Below, in pieces: positions 48,806 to 61,244 of a stretch of 64,000 nucleotides of DNA. This DNA comes from Amphiscolops sp. MND2022 (Eukaryota). Within the stretch, counting starts at the first letter, position 1; each line of letters begins with the position of its first letter. The translations under genes were made by a program, and so were the position numbers. The DNA is taken from contig OZ076418.1 in NCBI GenBank assembly GCA_964187785.1, positions 13,392,001-13,456,000 of the forward strand. The letters are read 5' to 3'. Under the pieces are notes generated by a model. The model had not been told where the DNA came from. It worked only from the letters and a program-made list of their open reading frames with translations, and ran no database searches.

Positions 48806-49648
48806 AAATACTTCAAAAAGGTGCTTATAATCAACAATGTATAAAGTATTGAGCTTTTTCAGAAAAGTTTTTGTTTGGTCATTAGATTGTTTCAGCAGGT
48901 TTGAAGGTATCAATTTATTCGCTTTCAACAACTTGTAGCTTTGGCTCAATGCATATTCCAAGCTTTTTTCATGCATCACGGGACGCTTACTGGTTACCGG
49001 GAAGAGTTCTTCAGCATTCCTCCGTGTTTTGTAATCAAACATTACATTAGTAATTTGGGCAAAAAGATGAGTCTGATACCATTTGCTTGAACAGCTCTCT
49101 CACTAACTCACTTATATATAACCCGTATAGAGTTAAAAAGTTGTATTTTGTTAGTGTCGTTTTGAGAGACTCTCGGTGATTTTTGAGGCTCATTCGAAAC
49201 GGTCCGATTATTGGAAAACAAGTTTTCAAAATCTTATTGCTGATACCATCATTTCAAGTACGGCTCTTATTCTTCATTTTTCCTATTAGTTTAGTAACCT
49301 CTTTCCTATCCGTAAATTCAAGTATCATTGAATTGACATTCCGTTTAATAGAGCTCGCCAATTTTTCCCCACTTCAATTTGGCGGAGAGCAACAGGGCAG
49401 TTTCTGTAAAATATTTATAAAGTTTTTCTGCAGTCGGCGTTCTGGCGCTTTTGTTCGTAGTTTTTCATTAGCAGATATCAACGTGTCAAAATTTCTTAGC
49501 TGTTGGATTATTACCTAATATTTTTCCTTCATTGTCTGTTTTTTTTCGTTTCTGATACTTTTCGTTGTGTAGTGTAACTTTTCTGATTGTAATCACTCAA
49601 ATCTTGAATCCAATTTTGTATAGAAATTGCGTTCGATTTTTTCGTTTT

Positions 49649-50229
49649 TAGTCGGCGCTTTTTATAGAAAACGCAGACTATAGCAGTGACTTTTCTTTTT
49701 AGTCGGCGCTTTTCGAAGAAAAACGCAGACTATAGTAGTGACTTCTTTTTTTTAAGACCAACGAACTGACAGATTTTATAAATTTTATAAGTTGACCGAC
49801 TAACACTAAACTGCCACTACTGCCACACTAATTCACTCCCACACTACTTCACTGCCACTTGGAATAGAGGTTACTGCTTTTTTGAGGTCTACCAAGCAGA
49901 AGGACATGGGTTCGAGTCCCGCCCTTGACGAAATTTTTTTTGTGCAATTTTTTTCGGCTTTGTGAGACTTTTTTCGCAAATATCTCCAAAGGGTCCACCC
50001 TTCATTTTTTTGTCTATTTTGCAAAAAAATGGATGTTCAAAGACTCCCAAAGGGCCCCCTTTTACATGCTTTGGCACTATGCGACTTGCCAGAAACTTCA
50101 ACAAAATTCAAGAAAAGTTTGGAATTTTTTTTTTCGGGTACTGTAGGGGAGAGTACTTGATACTTTGAAGTCCTTTTGCTATTTTTGAGCCTTAAATATG
50201 GCGCCGACTTGGGCCGTTCCCGGCTTGTT
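49649..50229 (+). mobile_element. HINE-like repeat with duplicated 5' end and tRNA-like A/B boxes
   Basis: tagtcggcgc at 49649 and 49700. A-box-like tggaatagagg at 49860, B box ggttcgagtccc at 49909-49920. 3' ggcgccgact plus hairpin. Confidence 0.65.
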
Positions 50230-50240
50230 TTCTTTTTTTT

Positions 50241-52075
50241 AAGACCAACGAAGTGACAGATTTCATAAGCTTTATAAGCTCACTTGCACTAACACTTACT
50301 CCCATACTACTTTTACTGGCACTTGGCATAGAGGTTAAAAAAGCTTTGCTGAGGTCTGCTAAGCAGATGGATTTGTTTTTTGTGCAGGCTGTTTACGCAA
50401 AATTTTTTAAGGTCACCAAATCGTCCCCGCTTCACTTAGTTTCCTATTTTGCAAAAGAATGGATGTTCAAAAACTCCCATGCATGTTTTACTTTTGGGCA
50501 CTATGCGACTTGCCGGAGGCCAAAAAAAATTGGATTTTTTTTTCATTTTTTTCTCATGCGGGTACTGTAGAAGAGAATATTTGACACTTCAAAGTCCTTT
50601 TGCTATTTTTGAGCCTTAGATATGGCGCCGACTTGGGCCGTTCCCGGCTTCTAGACTTTATTTGTATTCAATGCACTACTGTATTTTCTTGATTGTTCAA
50701 TTTTTTCCTCTGGAGTAAATCTATCTTACACTCAATAATATTTCAGTTAATAGCTAGAAAACGTTCTCAAACATTCCAGTTTTCCCCTAATTTCTCGGTA
50801 AGTTCTGATCAAGTGAAGTTGAAAGTTCAGCCAATTATCACCTTTGAGTTTAGAAAAACTTTGTTTCATTGATTTTACAGCTGAATTTTGCAGTCTAGGT
50901 TCCCAGAAAGGTCCTTCAAAATCGACGACATAGTGATAGAAAATGGTGATCTTAATGGTCTTAGTCTCTACAAAGGATGACGCTATAACATGGTTATTGC
51001 ATGTCTTCGATGTTTCAGAAAGTTACTACAAATGTTTTTAATTTTCATATCTGCTCCTATCAATGGCAGTTTTCATGGTAACTACGTTGAAATGGCCAAG
51101 TTCTAGAGTTTCATGTTTCGGATTTCGCAAGAAGGCAAACAATTTTTCTTTTTTTTAAGACCAACGAAGTGACAGATTTCATACGCTTTATAAGCTCACT
51201 TGCGCTAACACTTACTCCCATACAACTTCTACTGGCACTTGGCATAGAGGTTAATAAGGCTTTTCTGAGGTCTGCTGAGCAGATGGATTTGTTTTTTGTG
51301 CAGGTTGTTTACGGAAAATTTTTTAGGGTCACAAAATGGTCCCCGCTTCGATGAGTTTCCTATTTTGCAAAAGAATGGATGTTCAAAAACTCCCGTGCAT
51401 GTTACACTTTTCGGCACTATGCGACTTACCGGAGGCCAAAAAAATGGATTTTTTTTCATTTTTTTCCTCATGCGGGTACTGTAGAAGAGAATACTTGACA
51501 CTTCAAAGTCCTGTTGCTATTTTTGAGCCTTAAATATGGCGCCGACTTGGGCAGTTCCCGCCTTGTAGATTTTATTTGTATTCAGTTCACTACTTTATTT
51601 TCTTGTTTGTTCATTTTTTCCTCTGGAGCAAATCTATCTTACACTCAATAATATTTCAGTTAATAGCTAGAAAACGTTCTCAAACATTCCAGTTTTCCCC
51701 TAATTTCTCGGTAAGTTCTGATCAAGTGAAGTTGAAAGTTCAGACAATTATCACCTTTGAGTTTAGAAAAATTTCAGTTTCAACGGTTTTACAGCTGAAT
51801 TTTGCAGTCTAGGTTCCCAGAAAGGTCCTTCAAAATCGACGGCATAGTGATAGAATATGGTGATCTTAATGGTCTTAGTCTCTACAAAGGATGACGCTAT
51901 AGCATGGTTAATGCATGTCTTCGATGTTTCAGAAAATAACTTCTTCGAAAACCAAACAATTGTTTATTATTTTCATATCTGCTCCTATCAGTGACGGTTT
52001 TCATGGTAACTACGTTGAAATGGCCAAATACTAGAGTTTCATAATTCGGATTTAGCAAGAAGGCAAACAATTTTT
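50241..52075. repeat. Diverged tandem duplication (~916-928-bp period) of a 5'-truncated HINE plus LINE endonuclease fragment
   Basis: 50241-51150 aligns with 51157-52075. Confidence 0.85.
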
Positions 52076-55000
52076 CGAGGTCCTCGATGAAATTCGTGAT
52101 TTTTAATTTGTGGCCTGTATACTACATAGATGGTTTTGACGGTTTCGCCGCTGCCCGCTATTTTCGTTATAAGGCATTCCGAGTCTGAAATGTATTCAAT
52201 TCGTTCTTTTTCTAGATGGTGTTTGTTATACAATGCTACACCTTTTTGTTCGTGCCATTGCGCGGTTTACATTCTAAAGGTGTGATAGCCATCGATGCCA
52301 TGCTCTTTAAGTAGTTCGTTAACGATGTTTCAGTGAGTAGTATAAGAGCAGCTGTTTGAACATAATCCTTTAATTTTATTAGGAGATCATCGTGATGGTT
52401 TTCTTAAGACCTAAGTTTAAGGCACAGAATTCTCCAGAAGGAATATTTGCTTGTGAGATTTGTTTTTCCTCTGGTTTCATCTAGGGAAAGAAATTAGTAT
52501 GACAGAGAACATAGAAGAAGGGCACACAGGTTAAGTTGTGGTTACACTTGTTCCTTCAAAAAAGTTTTCAATATTCCCGAAAATAAACTGAGTTTGTTAT
52601 TTCTCCTAAAAAGTTACCACCACCTTGATTAGGAGCTTCTCTGAGGTTTTTCAATGTTCCGGCAGAGTTCGTTTTGTTGTTGCCACAAGTAGGAGTTCTT
52701 GTTATAGATGTTGACATTAGTTGGGTACGTTTCTCTTCTTTCAGAGCTATTTCTTTGATGTGGTCTACAGCTTTGAGGTTGTCCACTCCCACACAGTGTA
52801 CTACACCCTGCACGTTTCCGAAATATTTCAATCTGTGAGTTCCATGTAATAGTTATCAGATTCAGATTCTCGACATTACGTTCGACAGCTCAATTTGATT
52901 TTGGCAGCCGTTCTTCCACACCGGTTGGGTTTTTATTCAAAGGATTCGAACATTTCAATAAGCATGAATTTCTCTTGTAGATCTCGGGCTTTTTCCCGAA
53001 ATAAATGAAATTTATAATAACTGGAGGTGCATATTTTTGAGATTTCCACGGTTTCAGGAAGTGGCATGCCTCAAAGTTGGCTGCATATGTTTCAAATCTT
53101 AGTTTGTCTCTCAACAAGGAAATCACACATTTGTTCTGCTAGAGAATAATTTTTGTTTTCTCAAATACTAGCGTATCCTAGGAGGAATACCACTCCTGTT
53201 CATTAATTCGATCTTCCAATTCCACTACTTTTTGTTCCAAAAGTCTACTTCGCTTACTCCTGCTTTCCAATTCGTCAAATAAAAAGAGTAACGATACGAT
53301 TGCTTTACAATACCATCTTCTATTTTATGCAGCTTCGTCGTACAATTGTTGTAATTCGAATCCACTTAACTCTTGCGCGTTTCATACTTTTTTGAAAAAA
53401 GTTGAGAGGAATACGGCGATTTCAATAGGTGAGGTATCGATTTAAACACTATTTTTAATGTAACGCACAGATAACGAAACGCAAAGCTTGAATGTCAAAG
53501 AATTTCGCTTTTCTCCTATGCACAAGTGCAACTATTCACTGTACTGCATTCTCGTTTTGTGTGTACTGCATTCTCGTGTCCAAAACGAACGACTTCTTTC
53601 AAAAGTTTCAACATCTAGTGTTTCGCACACAAATATTTACCATTAGACCCGCAACAGTAACTAAATTTTCTAAAAATATTCAAAACGCTGTTTAGAGTAT
53701 AGCTTAGAGAATATAATTTTATGTGGTTAGAGCAATATTTTTCAAAAAATCAAAACCTAATCGTAGTTCGAAGTTGAAGTGAAAAAGTCTGCAAATAAGT
53801 TTTGGGAACTTCTCACTTTTAATGGCCATTGATTTTCGTCAATGACTCAGCGACTCAGCCATGATTGATGCCTTCGTAAACCATATTAGTGTACAACCGA
53901 TGGTATATTAGTGTACAACTTCTAGAAAACTCTTGGTGGATGGATTACATAATCAAGCGATTCTTGAAACGTTCTGACTTCAAGAGTTCAACGATTTTGC
54001 AAGGTCTTCCAATGTCGACCAAAAATTTCATGGGATAAGATAAACGAAATTGAATGAACGAAACAGAATTAGCAACCATTTTAGTAGCTGATTATTCTAT
54101 GAGATTCCGAAGTTCAATACTTTACTAGCCTCAAGTCACGTCTTGAACGAATGCTACTGTATGAAAAAGCAAAAGTGACGTATATTTGTTTTCAAACTAT
54201 TTGTTTTGTTGGAAATTTTCTTGAACCCAACTAATGTAATCCCTTGTTGAAACTGCTTGAACTTTTTGCATGTACTTTAATGTTGCCAGCAACTTTTATT
54301 ATGATTTTCTAAAACTCTTACGGAAACTTTCATGCGAAAATTTGTCCCTGTTGTATTTAACTTTTATCAAGCTGCTTGAAAAATTCATCAAAGTTTTGGC
54401 GGCAATTTTGAGCCTTGAAGTTTTGCAGGTTTCATTAAGCAGCAATTATAATTTTGAAAGCAAATAAGGCGCTATCAATTTTACCGCTAAATCAATGCAA
54501 AACAATTTCAGTCGCATAATAAACTGCAAGTTAGCGTCATGTCTAGCGTGCTATTTGAGAAGCGGTGATTACATCAGATGAGTAGTTGAGAAAACAAAGT
54601 GTGAATACGAAGTGATCGTGTCGGTAATCTAGTGTAATTTATTTTCAAATTTGATTACAATAGTGGAAAATGCAGTGTAATTGTACATGATTTACCAACC
54701 GAAGTTCACTGAATTTTCTAGGTTTTATAAAAAATTACCCTGCATGCATGCCTGCAGCATGTAAAAAGTTCCTGCAGCTTCAACTAGGGATAACAACAGC
54801 CGCTGGCTTGCTGCTGCGAAGCTGTGAAGAAATGTTGAGTGATAGGGTTTTCGTGGCCGGAACAGGCCCCATTTTGATTCCTGAATGCCCATAGGTTAAA
54901 TTCTGGGTTTCATAGATGTCCTCCAGTCAGACCTAGACTTTTGCCTGCCGGAAAAAAAAACATATCTAGCAAAAACAACCAAAAAAAAATAAAACGTTGC

Positions 55001-55738
55001 CAAAAAAATTTTGAACAATTGAGAACAGCCAGTTTCGCGAGTTCTGCAATTAATCACGAACTGTAGCTCTGTAAATAAAAATCATAAACGAAACAAAGGA
55101 AGACACTTATTGTATTATTGAAGAATCTTTCAGTAGGAATGTGTCAAGGCTACTTTCACACCAATGGTAGTTACAAAAGCAGAGTTAAATGAACACAGCG
55201 GTTACATAAAGATAAGAGCATCAACTGGGATGAGGAAATTAATCAATCAAATCTAATTGACAGCTAAATGTTGACCATCAAACTAAATCTAAGTCTAATA
55301 AATTTCTCTTTTTCTCGTAATTTTCTGTGTGACTGCGCAACCGAAAGTTTTAATATTAGCACTGGACTTTGCTGTGATTCGGTTTACCGGATCTTGTCAG
55401 TTTCAACATTGGAGAATTATTACAGCTCAAGTGGTGGTCGATGAACCGCAGCGATTTTCGGTCACAGGGGAGTGGTCACGTCGTTTGGTGTGGCTTCCTG
55501 ATTCAACTTGATTCGCGGGCTTTTTTGTACGTCCTGTAATAGTCATAGACAACGACTTTTTATACTTCTGAAAAAGGTTATTTTTCGTGGGGCGTTTTGA
55601 TCTTGTATATTTAGTTCTTCTTCAACTCCGGTTACTCTGGATTCCGGACTTTGATCAATTTCTACTTGAGAACATGAACTTGAGTAGTATAGAGCTCAAG
55701 GTGGAGTTATCTGGATCACTCTATTCCCCCCCCTCCAG

Positions 55739-55939
55739 ATGTTTATTTGTATAGGGTGTATTTTTGTTTCAGCGGGATGTGTGAACAAGAGCGCCATACC
55801 TACAATGGAGACTGTATGTAACAGGTGTTTGTACAACTACCAGTGTGCCAGCAACTGGTGTCATTCTGAGGCCAAAGTGTGCTACCAACAGGGCATCAAA
55901 TGCACCATTGGAGAGGGGGTATGTTATGGTAAATGCTAA
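55739..55939 (+). CDS. Candidate small cysteine-rich peptide or last exon of a host gene (66 aa, 11 Cys)
   Basis: Hydrophobic N-terminus, then C-x2-C-x5-C-x4-C-x6-C-x6-C-x6-C-x3-C. A pyrimidine-rich acceptor tttgtttcag lies at 55763-55772. Confidence 0.4.
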   Translation: MFICIGCIFVSAGCVNKSAIPTMETVCNRCLYNYQCASNWCHSEAKVCYQQGIKCTIGEGVCYGKC

Positions 55940-56257
55940 ACACATGTAAATACTAATACATCATACTCGTGAACAGGCAAGAGCGACCATTTTATACAGT
56001 CAAATTTTATACCATTTTATACATCAAATGCACCATTGGAGAGGGGGTATGTTATGGTAAATGCTAAACACATGTAAATACTAATACATGATACTCGTGA
56101 ACAGGCAAGAGCGACCATTTTATACAGTCAAATTTCATACCATTTTATACATCAAATGCACCATTGGAGAGGGGGTATGTTATGGTAAATGCTAAACACA
56201 TGTAAATACTAATACATCATACTCGTGAACAGGCAAAAGCGACCATTTTATACAGTC
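55894..56257. repeat. 128-bp tandem repeat, about 2.8 copies
   Basis: Units start at 55894, 56022 and 56150. Confidence 0.95.
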
Positions 56258-56399
56258 GTAAGCGCCCCAGACAAAAGCACCCATTTTATGAAGTGGGATA
56301 TAGTGCTTCATTTCGGATATTACGTTATTACGGATATTACGATATTTTGACGGATATTACGTCAAAATTTTAGATAGTTTTCAAAAACATTTTTAATTG

Positions 56400-56837
56400 G
56401 TATATACAATTGTTGGTATATATTGAGAAAACCTATTTCGGACGAAAAATGAGAACTTTGAAACAGTATTAGCGAAAAACGTAAAGGCCGACCCCTTGGG
56501 CTTTATTAAACTCCTATTTATTGAAAAAAATTCCAGTTGTAGGAAAATATCAAAAAAAATAGGAGAGGACCCTTTGCAGACAAAAAAAAATCGAAAAAGT
56601 CTCACAGCGCCAAAAAAATTGACAGGGGCCCTTTAGTCTCGTCCGGTTTTGTATGTTACGTTTAAAAAGTTAAAAAATGAAAAGGAACCCTTATAACTTA
56701 GATGCATTTCCCAGGTATTCGTTTAGTTGAACAAACAGAACAAAAATTTCGTCGCTTTCTAGACTGTCTTAAATAGAAAAAGAAAAAAACAAGTGACTGT
56801 AGTAATCGGGCTCCTTCATTCTAAAAGCGTCGACTAA
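56400..56837 (-). mobile_element. HINE-like repeat, partial
   Basis: gcgtcgactaa end and family core gggccctttagtctcgtccggttttgtatgttacg. Confidence 0.5.
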
Positions 56838-57251
56838 AAGCAGTTCCCAATTGCGGCTTGGTCATTCATTTTTAGTTCACCTACTAAGTATTAGGCCGTG
56901 ATGTTCACGCTACAACTATGTGTGGTGCTACAACAACAACTAACTTGTTTATTTTGCAAGTTAATTCTTTTCATGTCGCCCTAGATAAGATTCTTGCCGA
57001 AATTCCTATCAAGGAATTCAATGGGTTCGTGTCAAACAAGAATAAGGAACATCTTATCAAGAAAGAGGTTTTTAATAGTAAACGGGAATGTGTAAGAATA
57101 CGCAATGTCTTGGCACGAGTTTTAAGCTATGAAATGTAACTTTAAAAAAAAATTATTTGGCCACGACAAATTAAACAATCAGAACATACCATCATTCGCA
57201 AGAAGGTTTAGGACCAACATATGACCTACTATCTTCGAAAGATATTTTTCC

Positions 57252-59860
57252 TGTTGTAATGTAAGGTCTCACGGTTAAAAACGGTTCTTTGTGTTTAGAC
57301 TTTACCTCAGTATCTTCAGTAGTATCTATTCACGTACTTCAACAATGTATAACTGATCTATCAATACAATAACATAAAGTGACAGTAATTAGATTTCAAT
57401 TGGTGAACAAGACCAAGTCTCTCTGTCTACGACCGAATGTTACGGTGTGAATTGAGTTTATGGTAGGAGGTCATGGTAGTAGCATGTCACATCCTCCCTC
57501 CGGAGTGGTCCGGTAGAAATTTGTTTATTTTTTCTCCGTTGAAACGTATAGATCGGATTTCTTCCTTATCTTTCTGTATTTTACGGTGGTTTTCCTTCTC
57601 ACTTCTCTCCGTTGTTTTTGTTGTCTTTTCCAGTATTAAACTACGGTTTTTAGTAAACTTCTTTTTATTATTATTTGTTTGGTATGGTACTTCGCCTAGT
57701 TCTCCGGCGGTGAGTTTTAGGCTGATATCTAAATGAGTTAATCTGTCAGGCAGTCGTGTTAGTCGAGTGCTGTATTGATTGTTTACTTTGTTTCGTTTCA
57801 GAAGTGGTTCTAGTGCTTGATGGTCAGAAAATAGTTGCACTTGTTTACCGTAAAGGTGAAATGTGAATCTTTACAGGACCCAGACTACAGCTAGTGATTC
57901 AAATTCGCCGATGGAATATTTTTTTCTTGGCGTCGTTCAAGTAGCGATTGGTAAATGCGATAGCTTTTTATTCGTTGCTTCCTTGTTTTAGTCAACGTGC
58001 GACTCCTCGTCCTGTTTTGCTAGCATTGGTTGTGACGATGTTTTCTTTGTTTCCCTTGTAGTGTGCTAGATAGGGTAGTTTTGTTAGTTGTTATTTTAAA
58101 TTTTTTTGAAATTCGTGTTTCGGTTCGTCGTCCAATCCCATTTGGTTCTTTTCTTGAGTAGTGGTCTCATGTTATCGCTTTTCTCGGACAGGTTGGATAT
58201 GAGTTTTGCGAAAAATTGTATCGCACCGAGGAAGGATTTCAATTTTGGTGTTTGTGGGGGGTTCCAATTTGTTCATTGCGTCTGTTTCTTCTTTGTTTGG
58301 TCTGATGCCGTCTTTGATATTGTATGTCCAAGCAATATTGTTCCTTTTTGGTAGAATTTTGATTTTTTTCTTGCTTGCTCGGTAGCTTTCGTTTTCTAGT
58401 TTGGAGAGTACCGAATGTAATTCCCGGGTATGCTCTTCTTTCGTTCCGCGGGTGACGATGATAATGTCGTAACGCCAGACTGGTGTTTGGTGTCCCAATG
58501 TTCGTCGATCTTCTCTTGGAAGAGGGTTTGTATGTCGGCTGGACCGTAAAATACCTTCAGAAACAGGCAGTAGCTGTTCAAATTTTCACCAATTACTGCA
58601 AAGTTACAGTAATGCTAGTTTTTGGTGCTAGTCTCATTTTCCATAGGCGTATTGTAGGTCTATCACGGATATCCAAATTGGGTCGTGGTCATTTCTTGAT
58701 AATTCGACGGATATCCGATATAAAAGTTCTTCCATGTTTGCCATGTCGTTCCTATTTATTGGCAGTTGTTGCATTCCACCGTCTTTGCGGGACATTTGTG
58801 TTGTGGTGACCAGTTTTATTGTCCGCAAAATCCACAGTTATTGTTATTCGTTGTTGTTTCAGTGTTTTTCCGGTAGTTTGGTTTGTTTCACGGTTGTATT
58901 TTTTGTATTGGTTCATTTTTATTTCTTTTTCTTTCGCAAGTGCTGGAGGTTTTGTTGATTGTTTATGTCTTTTCTCATAGATGTCTTGGTTTACCAGATC
59001 CATGGTGGTTTTCGGGCTCAGTGTCTTCTTGCGGATGATTTTTGCCCGTAATTTCTTGTGGGTTATGCTGCTGATGAATTTTGATATCAGTAGGTCTTCC
59101 TGTTTGATGTCTTTGCATTCGCAGTTTCTGTCCAACGATACTAGTTTTCGCCAGTGGTCTTCTGGTGTCTCGTTTTCCTCTTGTTCTGCCCAGAAGAAAT
59201 CTCCACGGCTATGATAGGTGTTGCGTTTTGGCATGTAGTAGTCTTTGAATAGTTGTATGAGTTTTTAGGTGTTGATCGTATCCGGGTCTGTGTTGAATTC
59301 GCCTTTTGTGATTGTTTCTATCGCGGATGGTCCGGCTCCCCAGATGAAATCTTGTCTTATCGTGGGTTCTTTCTCTGTCCATCCGTTGTTCGTTGGTATT
59401 GTCTCACTGGTTTTATGTCAATGTCATGGATTCGTTTGATATAGTGTCTCGTCCGTCCGGGCCATTCTTTGGTGGTGTACAGTTTTTTCCGTCTAGTCCG
59501 GTGTCCCCGAGATAGGGTAATAGTATATTCGTGGTTGTTGTCATTGTTTATTTTGTCGGGTAAAACGGGTATTTACACGGTACAAGTAAAATCGTGCTGA
59601 TTGCACCAATTTGTAATATAAGGTTTCCCGGTTAAACACGGTTCAACACTGGTTAAACAGGTGTTTAGACTTTACCTCAGTATCTTTAGTAGTATCTATT
59701 CACGTTTTTGAACAATGTGTAACTGATCTATCAATACAATAACATAAAATGACAGTAAATAGAGTTCTATTGGTAAACAAGACCAAGTCTCTCTGTCTAC
59801 GTCCGTATGTTACATTGTGAATTGAGTTTATGGTAGAGGTCATGGTAGTATCATGTCACA
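57252..59860 (-). mobile_element. Internally deleted, degenerate Ty3/Gypsy LTR retrotransposon (different family)
   Basis: LTRs 57252-57491 and ~59612-59860. TSD TTTCC (57247-57251 / 59861-59865). PPT GGAGGGAGGA (57492-57501, minus). PBS TGGTGCAATC at 59608 (minus). RT/RNase H remnants (VIDLQYAYG, WRYDIII, FSDHQAL). Confidence 0.9.
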
Positions 59861-61072
59861 TTTCCAACTTCTTGAAAGCTATCTTGAACATATTCACAAT
59901 TTTTTGCAGAAAATTTATTCAATTTTTTTGAAACTTATAATACAATATAATACGGTTTTCTTTGACGCCATCCCTGTTCAAGAACCTTGGGGGGTCCTCT
60001 TAGTGTAATTATGCTACTATTGTGCCCGTACCGTACTGGATCACATTGTGCCCGTACTGGTTAAAAAGACTTTATCATGGCATTGTTCATGTACCCTCTT
60101 CATCTACTGAAATTACCTTTCATGTTCTTGGATGACAAATGGTTTTTCAGTTTTAATTTCTGAGCGAATAGACCCACCGAAGTTGTACAGTCATGGATTT
60201 TGGATTTTCATCCATGATTATGTACGATTCGAGAATCTTTTCCGAATGGCAGGGCAATCCATATTTTTCGTTTCCATAATGAATATTGTTTTGTAACGCC
60301 AACGAGCAATCCATCGTTTAACACATTACTACAGGTGAAGTTTCCTGTAGAATGGGTTTGTCGCCCGGGACAGGCGCCCATCGCCACAAGTCTATTTTCC
60401 CCAGGGTGAAATACGTCCCGTGAGGAAGTGGGGGAGTTCCCGATTCGTCACAATACTCACCAACCGGCCCTGGTCTTTCTCACTGCGAATGGAAACGGGC
60501 ATCTTTTTTACACTAGAGTCAACCGTTTAACTAGCACATAAAAACAAGGCCAAGAATAAAGTAAAGTGCTATTTCCATGGTGACTGGTCACCTAAATTCA
60601 AAAACAGGCGTACAGAGCCCTTGAGCTCTAAAATACAGCTACAAACAGTGAAAATAAATACACTTACACATTGAAACGGCAGACCACTTTTCACAGTTAC
60701 AAAATGAGGACCCGTGTACTAAATAAGGAACTTTAAGCAAAAAGACTCATTTTGCGAATGTCACAAATTGGAGTAGCATTATGCTGAAATCAATTAATCC
60801 CGAATATCTGCACCTCTAAAAGTCTAAATGTTTCCACAGTCTTCATTTGCCTTTGTGCTATCTCGTTCACTAGGTTCTCGCAGTCCTCTGCTTTCGTCCT
60901 TTTTCTGCATACAAAATGGTGGATACAGCAAAAAGAGCAACCACATGCGCAATGCCACGTCAAACATCGAAATAGAAATTTTCCCCAAATTTCTGCAACA
61001 TGCTCGGATTGCAACATTGACTGTATATTAGAGAGTGTCCTTGCATTTTTTGAACCCAGTTAATTTATAATA

Positions 61073-61244
61073 CAGTGGATCTCGGATATAATCAACGTCA
61101 GGGGAACGACAGTGGTGTTTCTTATAATCGAAGTTTCTTATATCCGGGTTTTAAAACGAACGAAATTTCCAGTCGGAGCGAAATACGCATTGACTATAAG
61201 CGGGTATTTCTTATATGCAAGTTTTTCATATCCGGGATCCACAG
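61073..61244. mobile_element. 172-bp MITE, Tc1/mariner-pogo type
   Basis: TIRs CAGTGGATCTCGGATAT / ATATCCGGGATCCACAG (two mismatches), flanked by TA on both sides. Confidence 0.7.

Larger units (their letters stand above)
48830..53400 (-). pseudogene. Degraded non-LTR retrotransposon (LINE; CR1/L2-like ORF1 remnant, APE endonuclease, partial RT region) interrupted by HINE copies
   Basis: Collinear minus-strand motifs: VVELEDRINEQEWYS, VVHCVGVDNL, IDGYHTFR...GVALY, IYVVYRP, VFGHFNV (GDFN-like), KMKNKS...DGISNKILK and YNFLTLYGLYISEL. Many stops and frameshifts. Confidence 0.7.

Noticed and set aside
49850-49925. Functional tRNA gene
   Set aside because: No closable acceptor stem or anticodon arm. 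It contains a T run and the other copies lack the B box, so it is kept only as a tRNA-derived segment.
54785-54795. TAGGGATAACA resembling an I-SceI site
   Set aside because: Only 11 of 18 nt match and there is no vector context, so this is chance.
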